Shown piece after piece: positions 1-9,870 of a stretch of 64,000 nucleotides of DNA. The first letter of the stretch is position 1; every line of letters begins with the position of its first letter. The notes beneath the pieces were generated by a model. The model was not told the DNA's origin, made no database searches, and saw nothing but the letters and a program-made list of their open reading frames with translations. Source of the stretch: an uncultured Acidobacteriota bacterium (GTDB lineage Bacteria; Acidobacteriota; Vicinamibacteria; Vicinamibacterales; 2-12-FULL-66-21); the NCBI GenBank assembly GCA_963734695.1, contig CAVTIL010000009.1, positions 91,102-155,101 of the forward strand, written 5' to 3'. The position numbers were made by a program, and so were the translations under genes.

Positions 1-133
1 CGCGCTGGTCCTCTTCCGCCTTCTTTAGCGCCGCCTGGTGCTGTTCGGCGTCGTGCTTGGCTTGCGCCTCGGTGCCTTCCGCTCCTTCTTCCTGCGCCTT
101 CAGCTCGGCCTTCGTCGGGGGCTTCGGCGGCGG

Positions 134-1725
134 CTACCCGCGCAGCCTTCGGCGGAATCGCCGCGGGAACCGGCGCGAGCACCGGCGCCGGCGCGAGGCT
201 CGCGCTCGCCCTGAATCGGGCCGGGTCACCGGCGCGGGCGAATCGGTCGCCGTCAGCGGACGCCTGCGGCATCGGCTCGCTGGGTGCCCGGTCGGGGCGC
301 CGGCGCGGTCGACGGATACCGCGGCGATCCGACGTAGGGCGCCGGCGGCGGCAGCGTCTTCTCCGGCGCGTCGAGGTACGGCTCGACGAGCGCGGGCAGG
401 CCCTGCGACACGCCCGTCGGATCCGCGACGGACGATCGTCGGCGTGATCATCACGACGAGCTCGGTCTGGTTCTTCTGATACGCGCGGCTCTTGAACAGG
501 TAGCCGAGGATCGGGATGTCGCCGATGCCGGGAATCTTCTGCATCGTGCTGTTCAGCGTGTTGTTCATCAGCCCGGCGATGCGCGAACGTCTGCCCGTCC
601 TGCAGCTCGACTTCGGTCTCGGTGCGGCGCGTCGACAGCGCCGGGACGCGGAAGCCTCGAGCACGATGGCGTTGTTGAAGTCGAGCGAGCTGACTTCCGG
701 CTTGACCTTGAGGTTGATCAGGTCGCCGCCGAGCACGGTCGGCGTGAAGTAGAGGCGGACGCCGAACTCCTTGAACACGATCGTGAAACCGAGTTGCCGC
801 TCTGGCCCGACTGCACGACCGGGTAGGGATATTCGCCGCCGGCGAGGAAGCTCGCTTCCTTGCCGTTGACGCGATCAGGTTCGGCTCGGCCAGGCTCTGG
901 AAGAGTCCCTTGGTCTGCAGCGCGCGAATGACGGTCGCCGACGCCGTCCTTGGTGTTGAACAGGAACAGGTTCAGGAAGTCGCTGAACGTGATGCCGGCC
1001 AGGCTTGCTGTCGTCGAACATCGGCGCGGCGAACTGCTGGGTCGTCGCTGCGCGCCGTCCAGTCGTTCTTGAACTGTCGAGGATCCAGGTGGCGCCCGAG
1101 CTCCTGCAGCGCGCTGCGGCTCACTTCGGCGAAGCGGACGCGCAGCATCACCTGGTTCGACGCCACGCCTTCCTGCTGCTTCAGCAGGTTGACGACGTTC
1201 TCCTTCTTCTCGACGTAGCCGCCGGCGACGTCGGCGGCCTTGTCGATGACGTACTTGCTCGAGACCGTCCCGGAGATGACGACGTCCTTGCCGCTGCCGG
1301 CGACGGTGATCTGCTCGCCCGGGAAGAGCTGCTTCATCTGCTCGACGAGCTCGCTGAGGTCGCGGCGGACGTTCACCTCGTAGGTCTTGATCGCGCCGGC
1401 CCTGTCCCACACGAACAGCGAGATCGTGCCGGGCGTCTTGCCGTGAATCAGCAGCTGGCTCGGCGCGGTCACCATCGCGTCGGCGACGTCCGGCACGGTC
1501 AGCGAGACGCGCGCGATCGGCGCGCCGATGTTCAGGATCGTCGAACGGCCGACCAGCAGGTCGACATCTGTTGGGTGATCGACCGGGTCGCGCGGCGACA
1601 CTGCCGCGCTGCCTGACGGTGCGCAAACGCCGGCGCCTGGGGCGTGGCCTGCTGCGCCTGTGGCGTGGCGACGAGAATCACGATGATGAAGGCGGCCAGG
1701 GCCGCCGATACATTGCTGCCCGCAT
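134..1725 (-). pseudogene. cpaC: Tad/Flp pilus outer-membrane secretin (CpaC/RcpA family), broken by multiple frameshifts
   Basis: Pieces in all three minus frames (ORFs 972-1766, 718-1626, 134-778) assemble into three parts. Signal peptide: SAALAAFIIVILVATPQAQQ. N-terminal pilus-formation region: LLVGRSTILNIGAPIARVSLTVPDVADAMV, LFVWDRAGAIKTYEVNV. Secretin core: GKEASFLAGGEYPYPV, FGVRLYFTPTVLGGDLINLKVKPEVSSLDF, IPGIGDIPILGYLFKSRAYQKNQTELVVMITPTIV. ATG at 1725 follows GGAGGA. The 3' end is uncertain: 134 in the listed frame, 253 in a frame that reads more protein-like. Confidence 0.8.
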
Positions 1726-1890
1726 TGGGATGTCCTCCGAATCAGTTGCCAGTTACCAGTCGTCACCCTTCGACTGGCTCAGGCTGGCCCGAGCGACGTC
1801 GACGAGCCAACCACCAGTCGTCAATCTCACGGATATGCGTTCCGGGCAGCGGGGAACTGACAGCCGGAAACCGAAACCTGGTCGCTACTA

Positions 1891-2746
1891 CTACCGAACG
1901 ACTTCCTGCGCGCGCTTGTCGCCGCGAATGATTTCCACCGTCGGCAGCGGCGGCCGCCGGCGGGACCGTCTGCGTCACGGGCTGCGCGGCAGCGCGGCCG
2001 TGAGTTGCTCGCCATCGGGCCGGCTTCGCGGCTGCCGCGCCCATCAGGCCCGCCGTGCTTGATGCCCGGGGTCGTCGGGCGCACCCTGGTCGAGCGGGTT
2101 GCGCAGCGCGAGCTGAATCTTGCCTTCGGTGCTCGCCAGCGCGAGGCGCTCGGCCTGCTCCGGATAGACGAGCAGCGTCACGACCGTCACCTGCATCGGC
2201 TTGCCCTTATCCTGGTCCTGCTCCATGCGCGTGCCGGCGGTCAGCACCTGCACGTTCGAGAGCACGACCTTCGAGGTCGTGTCCGCGCGGGCCTCGGTCG
2301 GGCTCGCGGTGGCGACGACGTCGACGCGGTTGCCCGGCAGCACGTAGCCGGCGACGCCGACGACTTCGTTGACGCGGACCGACACGGCGCGCATGCCCTC
2401 GGGAATCACCGGCGGCAGCCCGACGCCGGCTTCCTTCGACGCGAGCTTGGCCGGGAGGATCGGCTCGTTCTTGACGATCGGCACGATCAGGCCGCGGCCG
2501 ATGAGCTCGCTCGGGCTTCGCGAAGGTGCCCTCCGGCGCCTTGCCTGCGGGAACTGGACGACCGTGAGGTCGTCCTTCTTGAGCTCGGCGCCGAGCTGCA
2601 GGTCGGCGGCCGCGACGACGACCGGCTGCGTCGGCGTGTTCGACCGTCTTCACCGGCTGGTTCTGCATGAAGTTGTAGGTGCCGTAGGCCAGGCCGCCGC
2701 CGGCGAGAATGGCGATGGCGAGAACGGCAAAGATTCGGTTGCGCAT
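1891..2746 (-). pseudogene. cpaB: Flp pilus assembly protein CpaB, frameshifted
   Basis: ATG 2746 gives MRNRIFAVLAIAILAGGGLAYGTYNFMQ (TM anchor). The core lies in ORF 2044-2484 (IPEGMRAVSVRVNEVVGVAGYVLPGNRVDVV, LLVYPEQAERLALASTEGKIQLALRNP). A typical C-terminus VEIIRGDKRAQEVVR-stop (TAG at 1891) sits in a third frame. Confidence 0.75.
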
Positions 2747-2789
2747 GTCGGGTCCCCTGAACAACTGTCGTTCCGCATCGATCGCGACC

Positions 2790-3197
2790 GGCAGCTCATC
2801 GTGACGCGCCGCCTTCGTCCAAGAGCCCTGGAGCTGTCGCTGCACCAGCCGCACGACAGGATTGAGCACCATGAAATTGAACGGATAGTTGACGGTGATC
2901 CGCGAGGCGGTGTTCGCGCCGAGCGCGCACGTTGCGCTCGATGACGACCGGCGCCGTGGCGGCGTTCGGCAGCCGGCCGCCGTCATGTAGTTGCGGACGG
3001 CGCCGGTGACGTCGGCGTCGGTCGACCGGCGAGGATCGCGACGCGGGCGCCTTCGCGCGCGGCGTTGGTCAGCACCTGCCACGTCTGGTAGGCGCGGCCG
3101 AACTCGAAGATGCGACCGACACCAGCAGCATGAGCGGCAGCGTGATCGCCGTCTCCAGCAGTGCCGCACCGCGTTGGTTCCGGAATCTTTTCAGCAT
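2790..3197 (-). pseudogene. TadE-like pseudopilin/pilus assembly protein, frameshifted (3' end approximate)
   Basis: ATG 3197 gives MLKRFRNQRGAALLETAITLPLMLL (TadE N-terminal motif). It continues out of frame as FEFGRAYQTWQVLTNAAREGARV and later ITVNYPFNFMVLNPVV. I could not resolve the stop codon. Confidence 0.55.
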
Positions 3198-3236
3198 GTC
3201 GGTCCCTCGCCTATCTGCAGTTGTGGTCCGTGGCGC

Positions 3237-3730
3237 TCAACCCATCAGCGCCGCGAGCACGCTGCCGATCGCGATCGCCGGCCCGTATGCGAACCGGCTC
3301 GATACGGTCGCCGCCTGGATCTCCTTCCGCGCGTCACCGGGCGCGGCGATGAGTCGGCCGTCCCGCGAGCGTTGCCGCCGAGCCGCTGCCGCTGCACGCG
3401 CGACGACCACCGCGAGCACGCCCGCCGGCGATCGCCGTGAAGAGGAACGCCGTCACGACCATTGCGGGCCCGACGATGGCGCCGACCGCGGCCATCAGCT
3501 TCACGTCGCCGGCGCCGGTGGCGCCGAGCACGTGACCAGGCATCATCAGCAGTGAAGCCCAGGATGAAACCAGCAACCGAACCCGCCAGGGACACCCCGC
3601 TGGTGCCCGACGCGGCGAGCCCCACACCGATTCCCGCCATCGCGGCGGTCAGCGCGTTCGGGATGCGACGCGACCCTGAGGTCGATCACCGTCGCGACGA
3701 GCAGCACCCGAGGACAGAGCGGCGAACGCG
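3237..3730 (-). pseudogene. cpaA: A24-family prepilin peptidase CpaA/TadV, frameshifted (5' end approximate)
   Basis: Three fragments lie in different minus frames: VLLVATVIDLR..IPNALTAAMAGIGVGLAA, GAGDVKLMAAVGAIVGPAMVVTAFLFTAIAGG, and FAYGPAIAIGSVLAALMG-stop (3237). Confidence 0.65.
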
Positions 3731-3733
3731 ACG

Positions 3734-3909
3734 TTAGAAACTTGCTGGCAATCGCCGTACCAGAACACGTTGGTAATCGTTTTGCCGACCATCGAGACGG
3801 CACCCATCGCGAAGATGGCGATGAGCGCCATGAGCAGCCCGTACTCGAGGAGGTCCTGTCCCTCTTCGGAGCGTCGAAGCTTGCCGCCGGCGAGCTGTCT
3901 CAATGTCAT
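3734..3909 (-). pseudogene. flp: Flp/Fap family pilin, copy 1 (C-terminal end out of frame)
   Basis: MTLRQLAGGKLRRSEEGQDLLEYGLLMALIAIFAMGAVSMVGKTITNVFW carries the Flp motif (EGQDLLEYGLL + hydrophobic helix). The nearby TAA at 3734 is reachable only after a frame change. Confidence 0.7.
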
Positions 3910-4012
3910 CACTGCGGCTGGCGATCTGCATTGGGTCTCTCCTCGGAAGTTCGCGTGTGAAGCGCCGGAGCCGTGCCATTGCACGAACGCTCCGGCTCCT
4001 CGTGATCCGATC

Positions 4013-4193
4013 TTACGCCGCGCCGCCGAGTGCGCCGGCGATCGCGGTGAAGATCGTGCTCACCGCTCCGCCCGCCGCGACCAACCGCACCGATCGCGAT
4101 GAGCGCGATCAGCGCGACGAGCAGCGCGTACTCGAGCAGGTCCTGGCCCTCTTCGTTGCGAAGCGACTTCACGATGGCAACAAGCTGCGACAT
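4013..4193 (-). pseudogene. flp: Flp/Fap family pilin, copy 2, frameshifted
   Basis: ATG 4193 follows GGGAGG. The reading is MSQLVAIVKSLRNEEGQDLLEYALLVALIALIAIGAVG, then a shift to AAGGAVSTIFTAIAGALGGAA-stop (TAA 4013). Confidence 0.7.
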
Positions 4194-4558
4194 TGAATCC
4201 TCCCGGATGTGCACCGCCTTGGGCGGTGCGGTGGTGCGGCGCGGCCGCGTTCCTTCCAATGCGCGGCGACTTGCCGCGCCACGAACGGCCTAATCGCAAC
4301 GGCTGTGCCACGGCGCATTGCACACGGGGCAAAGTGCCTCGCAAGTTGTTCACCGCGCGGGAATTCAGGAGGGCGTCGGGGCGCGAGTTCCGGGGGCTGT
4401 CAAGGAACCGGCGCACACGCGCCGCGCGCCAGTTTCGTAAGCGCTGAGCGCAATTTCGTGACTCTCTGAAAACCCCGCCGCATAAAGATGATCGCGTGCA
4501 GGCGCGTATCTTCCTGTTTTTTCACGGATTAGGCGCCCATTCCTGACGTCCGCCCTCC

Positions 4559-4572
4559 GGCACACCAATTGC
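4559..4572 (+). promoter_or_regulatory. Candidate sigma-54 (-24/-12) promoter
   Basis: cGGCACaccaaTTGCc matches TGGCAC-N5-TTGCW, with the GG and GC elements correctly spaced. It lies 73 nt upstream of ATG 4645. Confidence 0.3.
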
Positions 4573-4644
4573 CTAAAGTCCCCGGCAACGAGTCGTGTCC
4601 GTGAGAGGCGGACGCTCGAGGAATCCGGGAAAGGAACCCCGCCG

Positions 4645-4908
4645 ATGAAACTGGGATTTCGACAAGGAGCTGCGTCAATCGCCGTTTTCGGCGCGGTGGT
4701 GCTGATGCTGGTGTCGGTTGACGATCGCGTGCGCGATCGCTTCAGCGATCTCGTCGGGAGCGGCGGCATGTCGCCATGGGGCGATCGCGCCGGTGACCTG
4801 GGGAGTGCGCTGATGTCGGCGATCCGTTATCAGTCCATCGAGAACGCGCCACTCCTGGTTTTTGCAGCCGCTGGCGCCGTGCTCGTCGCCTTCATGCTGA
4901 GAACGTAA
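4645..4908 (+). CDS. Small membrane protein, unknown function
   Basis: 87-aa ORF with two hydrophobic segments (AASIAVFGAVVLMLVSV; APLLVFAAAGAVLVAFML). It sits just upstream of the pseudo-receiver gene on the same strand. Confidence 0.45.
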   Translation: MKLGFRQGAASIAVFGAVVLMLVSVDDRVRDRFSDLVGSGGMSPWGDRAGDLGSALMSAIRYQSIENAPLLVFAAAGAVLVAFMLRT

Positions 4909-4947
4909 TCGACGTTCCTCTAGACGCACTAGCCGAGAGCCTCGACT

Positions 4948-7213
4948 TTGCCAAATCACGTGCCGCTCGTTCTCGCCCTCGAGCCCGATGTGCGCCAGGC
5001 CACGATCCTGAAGCGCGTGATCCGGGACAACGTCCACGCGGACCTGATCGTCGTGGACTCGCGCGACGCGGCGGTGGCGGCGGTGAACGATCGCCTGCCG
5101 GACGTGATCCTCCTGACGGCGTTGTTGTCCCCGCGTGATGAAGCGGAGATCATTTCGCATCTTCGAACGCTATCAGGCGTCGAGCACGTGCAAACGCACA
5201 CCATCCCGCAACTGGCATCGTCGACCCCGGACGGCGAACCGGCGTCGCCGCAGAGCGGGTTGCTGGGAAAGCTGCGCCGGAAGAAGGCGAGCGAACCGAT
5301 TCCTGGCTGCGACCCGTCAGCGTTTGCCGACGAGATCAGCACCTTCATCGCACGCGCGGCTGAGATGAAGGTCACTGTCGCGGCGGCCCCCCACCCGGCA
5401 TCCACCACCGGTTCGAGGGTGGCGCCGGCGCACCCTGTCACCGACCAGGCTGCTGAAGCCCCCGCCGAGGAGACGGACAGCTCGGCGTGGTCCTCGCCGT
5501 TCGAGTGGCGGCGCAGCGATTCGTCCAGCCAGCGAGGCAGTTCTTCGACTCAGCGGACCGACGAGGCGAAAAAGCCGCAGGCGCCTCGGGAACCGCTGGT
5601 AACAGCGCAGCCGCTTGCCGTGATCGCCGAAGAGGAAGAGCAAAGGCTGGCCGATGAAGCCCGGCGGGCGGAGGAAACCGCCGAGCAGGACCGGCTGGCA
5701 GCCGATGCGGCGGCACAGAAGGAGCGGAAGCGCCTCGAAGCAGAAGCGGCCAGAAAGAAGGAACAGGAGCGGCTCGAAGCCGAAGCGACGGCGCGAAAGG
5801 AACGCGACCACCGTGAGGCTGAGGCTGCAGCCGCACGTGAACGGGAACGGCTCGAAGCTGAAGCAGCGGCGAAGAAAGAACGCGAGCGTCTCGCGAAGGA
5901 AGCCGCGGCGAAAAAGGAACGCGAACGCCTCGAAGCGGCGGAGAAAAAAGAACGCGAACGGCTCGAAGCCGCGGCGAGGAAAGAACGCGAACGGCTCGAA
6001 ACCGAAGCACGGAAGCGCCTCGAACGCGAACGGGCGGAAGCCGAGGCGGCCGCAAAACGCGAACGCGCCAGGCTCGAGGCAGAGGCGGCGGTCAGGCGCG
6101 AGCGCGAGCGAGTCGAAGCCGAAGCGGCCGCCAAGCGCGAGCGCGCCCGGCTCGAGGCGGAAGCGGCCGCCGCGCGGGAACGCGAGCGGCTCGAAGCCGA
6201 AGCCGCGGCGAAGCGGGAGCGCGAGCGGCGCGAACGCGAGCGCCGCGAGGCTGAAGCCGCGGCGGAACGCGAGCGCAAACGCATCGAAGCCGAAGCGGCC
6301 GCCAAGCGCGAGCGCGCGCGCAAGGACGCCGAGGAGGCAGCCCGGCGCGAGCGTGAGCGGCTCGAAGCCGAAGCCGCCGCGAAGCGGGAACGCGAACGGC
6401 TCGAAGGCGGAGGCCGCGGCGAAGCGGGAACGCGAAAGGCTCGAAGCGGAAGCCGCCGCCAAACGCGAGCGCGAGAGACTCGAAGCCGAGGCCGCGGCCA
6501 GACGCGAGCGCGAGCGGTGGGAAGCTGAAGAGGCCGCCCGGCGCGAACGGGAGCGGCTGGAGGCCGAAGCGGCTGCGAAGCGCGAGCGGGAGCGGCTCGA
6601 AGCCGAAGCCGCGGCCAAACGCGAGCGCGAAAGGCTCGAAGCCGAGGCAGCCGCGAAACGGGAGCGGGAACGGCGCGAAGCCGAAGAAGCCGCGCGCCGC
6701 GAACGCGAGAGACTGGAGGCAGAAGCCGAGGCCAAACGCGAGCGCGAGCGCCTCGAGGCCGAGGCACGCGCCGCGGACGAGCGTCGAATCGCTGCGGAGG
6801 CAGCTGCCGAACGCGAGCGCCTGGAAGCCGAGGCGCGCAGGCGTGCCGAAGCGGAAGTCGAATACGAAGTCGATCTCGACAAGGATCCGTTCTCCGATTT
6901 CCGTTCCGACGCCGACGAGCGGCGAAACTCGCTGCTGCAGCTGATGCCACTCAGCGTCTGGGCAAAGATCGAGCCGCGCAAGCCGGCAGCGGATGCCGAT
7001 GGGCAGGACGACCTGCGCGACCTCATCGATGGTCTCGATCTGCCGACCGAGGTGGCCGCCATCTCCTACGCGGATGGCTGCCGGATCCGCCGGGTCAGAG
7101 TCCCTGCCGCCACGGCGCCCAAGACCCGCGGCGCCCGCAATTCGCGGCCTGTGATTCTGTCGAAGCGCGCGCTCGACGAGCTGCGTCGAAACGAAACGCA
7201 TCCCGACAACTGA
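4948..7213 (+). pseudogene. Pseudo-receiver (CheY-like) protein with long E/R/A/K tandem-repeat helix and a unique C-terminal domain; one +1 frameshift near 6408
   Basis: The N-terminus VPLVLALEPDVRQATILKRVIRDNVHADLIVVDSRDAAVAAVNDRLPDVILLTALLSPRDE looks like a receiver fold, but Thr stands where the phospho-acceptor Asp is expected (ILLT). About 29 units of EAEAAAKRERERL follow. The frame changes from ORF 4948-6528 to ORF 5654-7213 at ctcgaaGgcggag. The C-terminal ~120 aa (LLQLMPLSVWAKIEP...ISYADGCRIRRVRVP) are unassigned. Confidence 0.7.
5719..6858 (+). repeat. Coding tandem repeat, 39-bp period (about 29 units)
   Basis: Repeated cgcgagcgcgagcggctcgaagccgaagccgcggcgaag-like units encode (R/K)ERERLEAEAAAK. 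A few units are shortened to 11 aa or extended. Confidence 0.9.
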
Positions 7214-7414
7214 ATCAGGGCCCGGCAAATACGGTGAGTCGCGGTTTGTGCGATTCACGCCCGCGCGGGCGGTCGCAACTTTTCACGCACGCCCTCGGCT
7301 CTCACCGAGGCCCGCCAGTCGCTTCAGCCCCGTAGATCGTTCTGGTCGAAGCAATTAACCGGCTCCAATCAATCTCGTCTCAGGCGCGGCACCCGCCTTG
7401 CCAGATCAGCGACG

Positions 7415-9865
7415 GTGCACACGGAGAACGAGATTCCATGGTCACCCGGAGATCGCGTCTTGCTGCGCGGCCGCCGATGGCGAGTCGAGGAAAGTACACG
7501 CTTTTCCGACTGCCATTCGCTGCGGCTGACGACGGACAGCCTTCCGGGTTCCGCTCGCACGTTCCTGCTGCCTTTCGATCGGCCACGGTCGCTCGACGCG
7601 TCCGCCGGGACGGTCAAGGTGATGCGGCCCGCGCAATGGCTTCGGGCATTTCGTCAGGCCTCCCTGGATGCGAGGCCATTCGGCTGCGTCTCGGGCGCCG
7701 TCGCGAGCGGCATCGATCTGCTGCCCTATCAGCTCGAACCAGCTCTGGCCATGCTTCGGCACGGCTGCGTGCGCGTGTTGATTGCCGATGCAGTGGGGCT
7801 CGGCAAGACGATCCAGGCGGCTCTGATCGTCCGCGAACTCTCGATCGAGCGGGAATCGTTTCGAGCGCTGGTGGTCACGCCGGCGGGGCTGCGGGCTCAG
7901 TGGGCAGCGGAGCTCTCCACCCGCTTCAGCATCAACGCAGAGATCGTGACCGCCGCATGGCTGGCACGAGCAGTCCGCGAGGTGCCAGCTGACGTCCGAC
8001 CGTGGTCGCTTCCCGGCGTCTATCTCTGCTCGTTCGAGTTCATTCGCCGGCCCGAAGTGCTCCGGCCGCTCGAGGATGTCGCGTGGGACCTGCTCGTCGT
8101 GGACGAGGCGCACGCGGCGACCCCAGCGAGTGCCCGCCGTGCCGCCGTCCACGCCGTCGCTCTGCGGTCCCGCCGGGTCGTCTTGTTGACCGCGACCCCT
8201 CATGGCGGCGACGACGAGCACTTTCGGTCGCTGTGCCGGATCGGCCGTTCGGACGAACGACCGGAACCGCTGATGGTCTTCTGCCGATCGCGCTCGGACG
8301 TCGGCACGCCGGCGCGCAGGCGTTCGGTGCTCCTGCCTGTCCGCCTGTCAGAGTCCGAGCGCCGCATGCACCGGCTGCTCGAGCGATATACCGCCTGCGT
8401 GTTCTCGGAGACGAATACCGCCGGGACGGGTCATGCCAGGCTCGCAGCGATCGTGCTCAGGAAGCGAGCCCTTTCGAGCGCGGCGTCGCTGGCGGTTTCC
8501 TGCCGTCGCCGACTGGCGCTGCTGACAGCGTCACCGGAGATCCAGCAGGCAGAGCAGCTCTCGCTGCCCCTGGACGACGAGGACCTCATTGAAGACCGCG
8601 AGCCGGACTCAGTGCTCGGCGCCACCGGTCTTGCCGATGGGCTGCAGGAACAGCGCTGGCTTCACAGAATCATCGACGCAGCCGATGAAGCCGCTGCGCA
8701 GGAATCCAAGATCGCGCTCCTCGGTCGGCTGCTCCGTCGAATCCGCGAACCGGTCATCGTCTTTACTGAATTCCGCGACACGCTCGCGCGGCTTCAACGG
8801 TCGATACGCGACGCTGGCCGGGATGTGTGCACGCTCCACGGCGGGATGACACCGGGCGAACGGATGGCCGCTGAAGAGCAGTTCAACCGCGGCGGCTCGC
8901 TGCTGCTCGCCACCGATGCCGCCGCCGAGGGCCTGAACCTTCACGCCCGCTGTCGGGCGGTCGTTCATTTCGAATTGCCGTGGAGCCCGTGCCGTCTCGA
9001 ACAGCGGACCGGCCGTGTCAATCGCATCGGGCAGTCCCGGGTCGTGCATGAAATCATGCTCGTGGCCGCGGACACGGCCGAACGGCTGGTGCTGGCGCCG
9101 CTGGCCAGCCGGGCGGCGCGCGCCAGCCGGACGGGATCCAACGGGTTCAGCCTCCTCGACACGCTGTCGGAATCGCGCGTCGCGTCCGCGGTCATGGATG
9201 GAACCCCGGTTCAATCGACGCCGGTGGCCTTCGACGCTGGCACTATTCTGCCGGCAGCCAGCATTCGAGAGGAATCCGGGCTCGAAGCCGCGCGGCTTCG
9301 AGACATTCGTCGGACCATGGCGGGCGAGGGAAGGAAGTGCGCCGGCGCCGCTCGCGTCGCTGCGGCTATTCTCCCGGCGAAGCGGCAAACCCTGCCGCCT
9401 GGCCTCATCCGTGTTTACGACCTTGCGCTCTCGAGTCGCGATGGAACGATCGTCCACAGCGAACTCGTCGCCCTGCACGAACGAGTCGATCCGGGTCACC
9501 CTGTGAGCGGTACAGGCGTGCGGCATTTCATGATGGCGGCCGCCGCGGACACCACCCCCGCCGAGAATGCCATCCCGGTCCTGCTCCACGAACGCATTGA
9601 GGGCGTGATCCGATCGTGCAGACGAGCGTCGGAGGCGCTCGCAGACCGCGAACGAATCATATCGCTGCCGGTGGCTTCTGCCGCGCGACAACTCGTGCAG
9701 GGCGGTCTCTTCAATCGCCGCGCGGTTCGTGCCAGCCGCGAGCGCGAGCGCGTCGCCGAGTCGATACTCGAGGAAGCCGGCCAGCGTATTGCGGCATTGA
9801 AGGCCCGGACGAGCCTGACACCGCGTGTGACGCTGGCGGCGATCCTGCTGGTCGAAGACCACTGA
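7415..9865 (+). CDS. SNF2-family DEAD/DEAH helicase
   Basis: Intact 816-aa ORF with motifs LLPYQLEPA, DAVGLGKT, LLVVDEAH (8102-8113), VLLTATP, LLATDAAAEGLNLH and QRTGRVNRIGQ. The C-terminal ~250 aa have no motif I recognise. The stop lies 5 nt before the next ATG. Confidence 0.85.
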   Translation: MHTENEIPWSPGDRVLLRGRRWRVEESTRFSDCHSLRLTTDSLPGSARTFLLPFDRPRSLDASAGTVKVMRPAQWLRAFRQASLDARPFGCVSGAVASGIDLLPYQLEPALAMLRHGCVRVLIADAVGLGKTIQAALIVRELSIERESFRALVVTPAGLRAQWAAELSTRFSINAEIVTAAWLARAVREVPADVRPWSLPGVYLCSFEFIRRPEVLRPLEDVAWDLLVVDEAHAATPASARRAAVHAVALRSRRVVLLTATPHGGDDEHFRSLCRIGRSDERPEPLMVFCRSRSDVGTPARRRSVLLPVRLSESERRMHRLLERYTACVFSETNTAGTGHARLAAIVLRKRALSSAASLAVSCRRRLALLTASPEIQQAEQLSLPLDDEDLIEDREPDSVLGATGLADGLQEQRWLHRIIDAADEAAAQESKIALLGRLLRRIREPVIVFTEFRDTLARLQRSIRDAGRDVCTLHGGMTPGERMAAEEQFNRGGSLLLATDAAAEGLNLHARCRAVVHFELPWSPCRLEQRTGRVNRIGQSRVVHEIMLVAADTAERLVLAPLASRAARASRTGSNGFSLLDTLSESRVASAVMDGTPVQSTPVAFDAGTILPAASIREESGLEAARLRDIRRTMAGEGRKCAGAARVAAAILPAKRQTLPPGLIRVYDLALSSRDGTIVHSELVALHERVDPGHPVSGTGVRHFMMAAAADTTPAENAIPVLLHERIEGVIRSCRRASEALADRERIISLPVASAARQLVQGGLFNRRAVRASRERERVAESILEEAGQRIAALKARTSLTPRVTLAAILLVEDH

Positions 9866-9870
9866 CGTCG

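Noticed and set aside
1-133. Possible additional coding sequence downstream of cpaC on the minus strand (reads ...KPPTKAELKAQEEGAEGTEAQAKHDAEQHQAALKKAEEDQR)
   Set aside because: It is protein-like and charged, but it has no identifiable start, runs off the window edge, and shows frame ambiguity. That is not enough to call a feature.
5317-7258. Very long antisense ORFs (5317-7062, 5550-6950, 6092-7258 minus; also 5654+ upstream part) across the repeat region
   Set aside because: They are products of the stop-poor, GC-rich 39-bp repeat read in other frames. Their translations are low-complexity Ser/Arg/Ala/Phe strings with no start context. The sense frame has a clear domain architecture.
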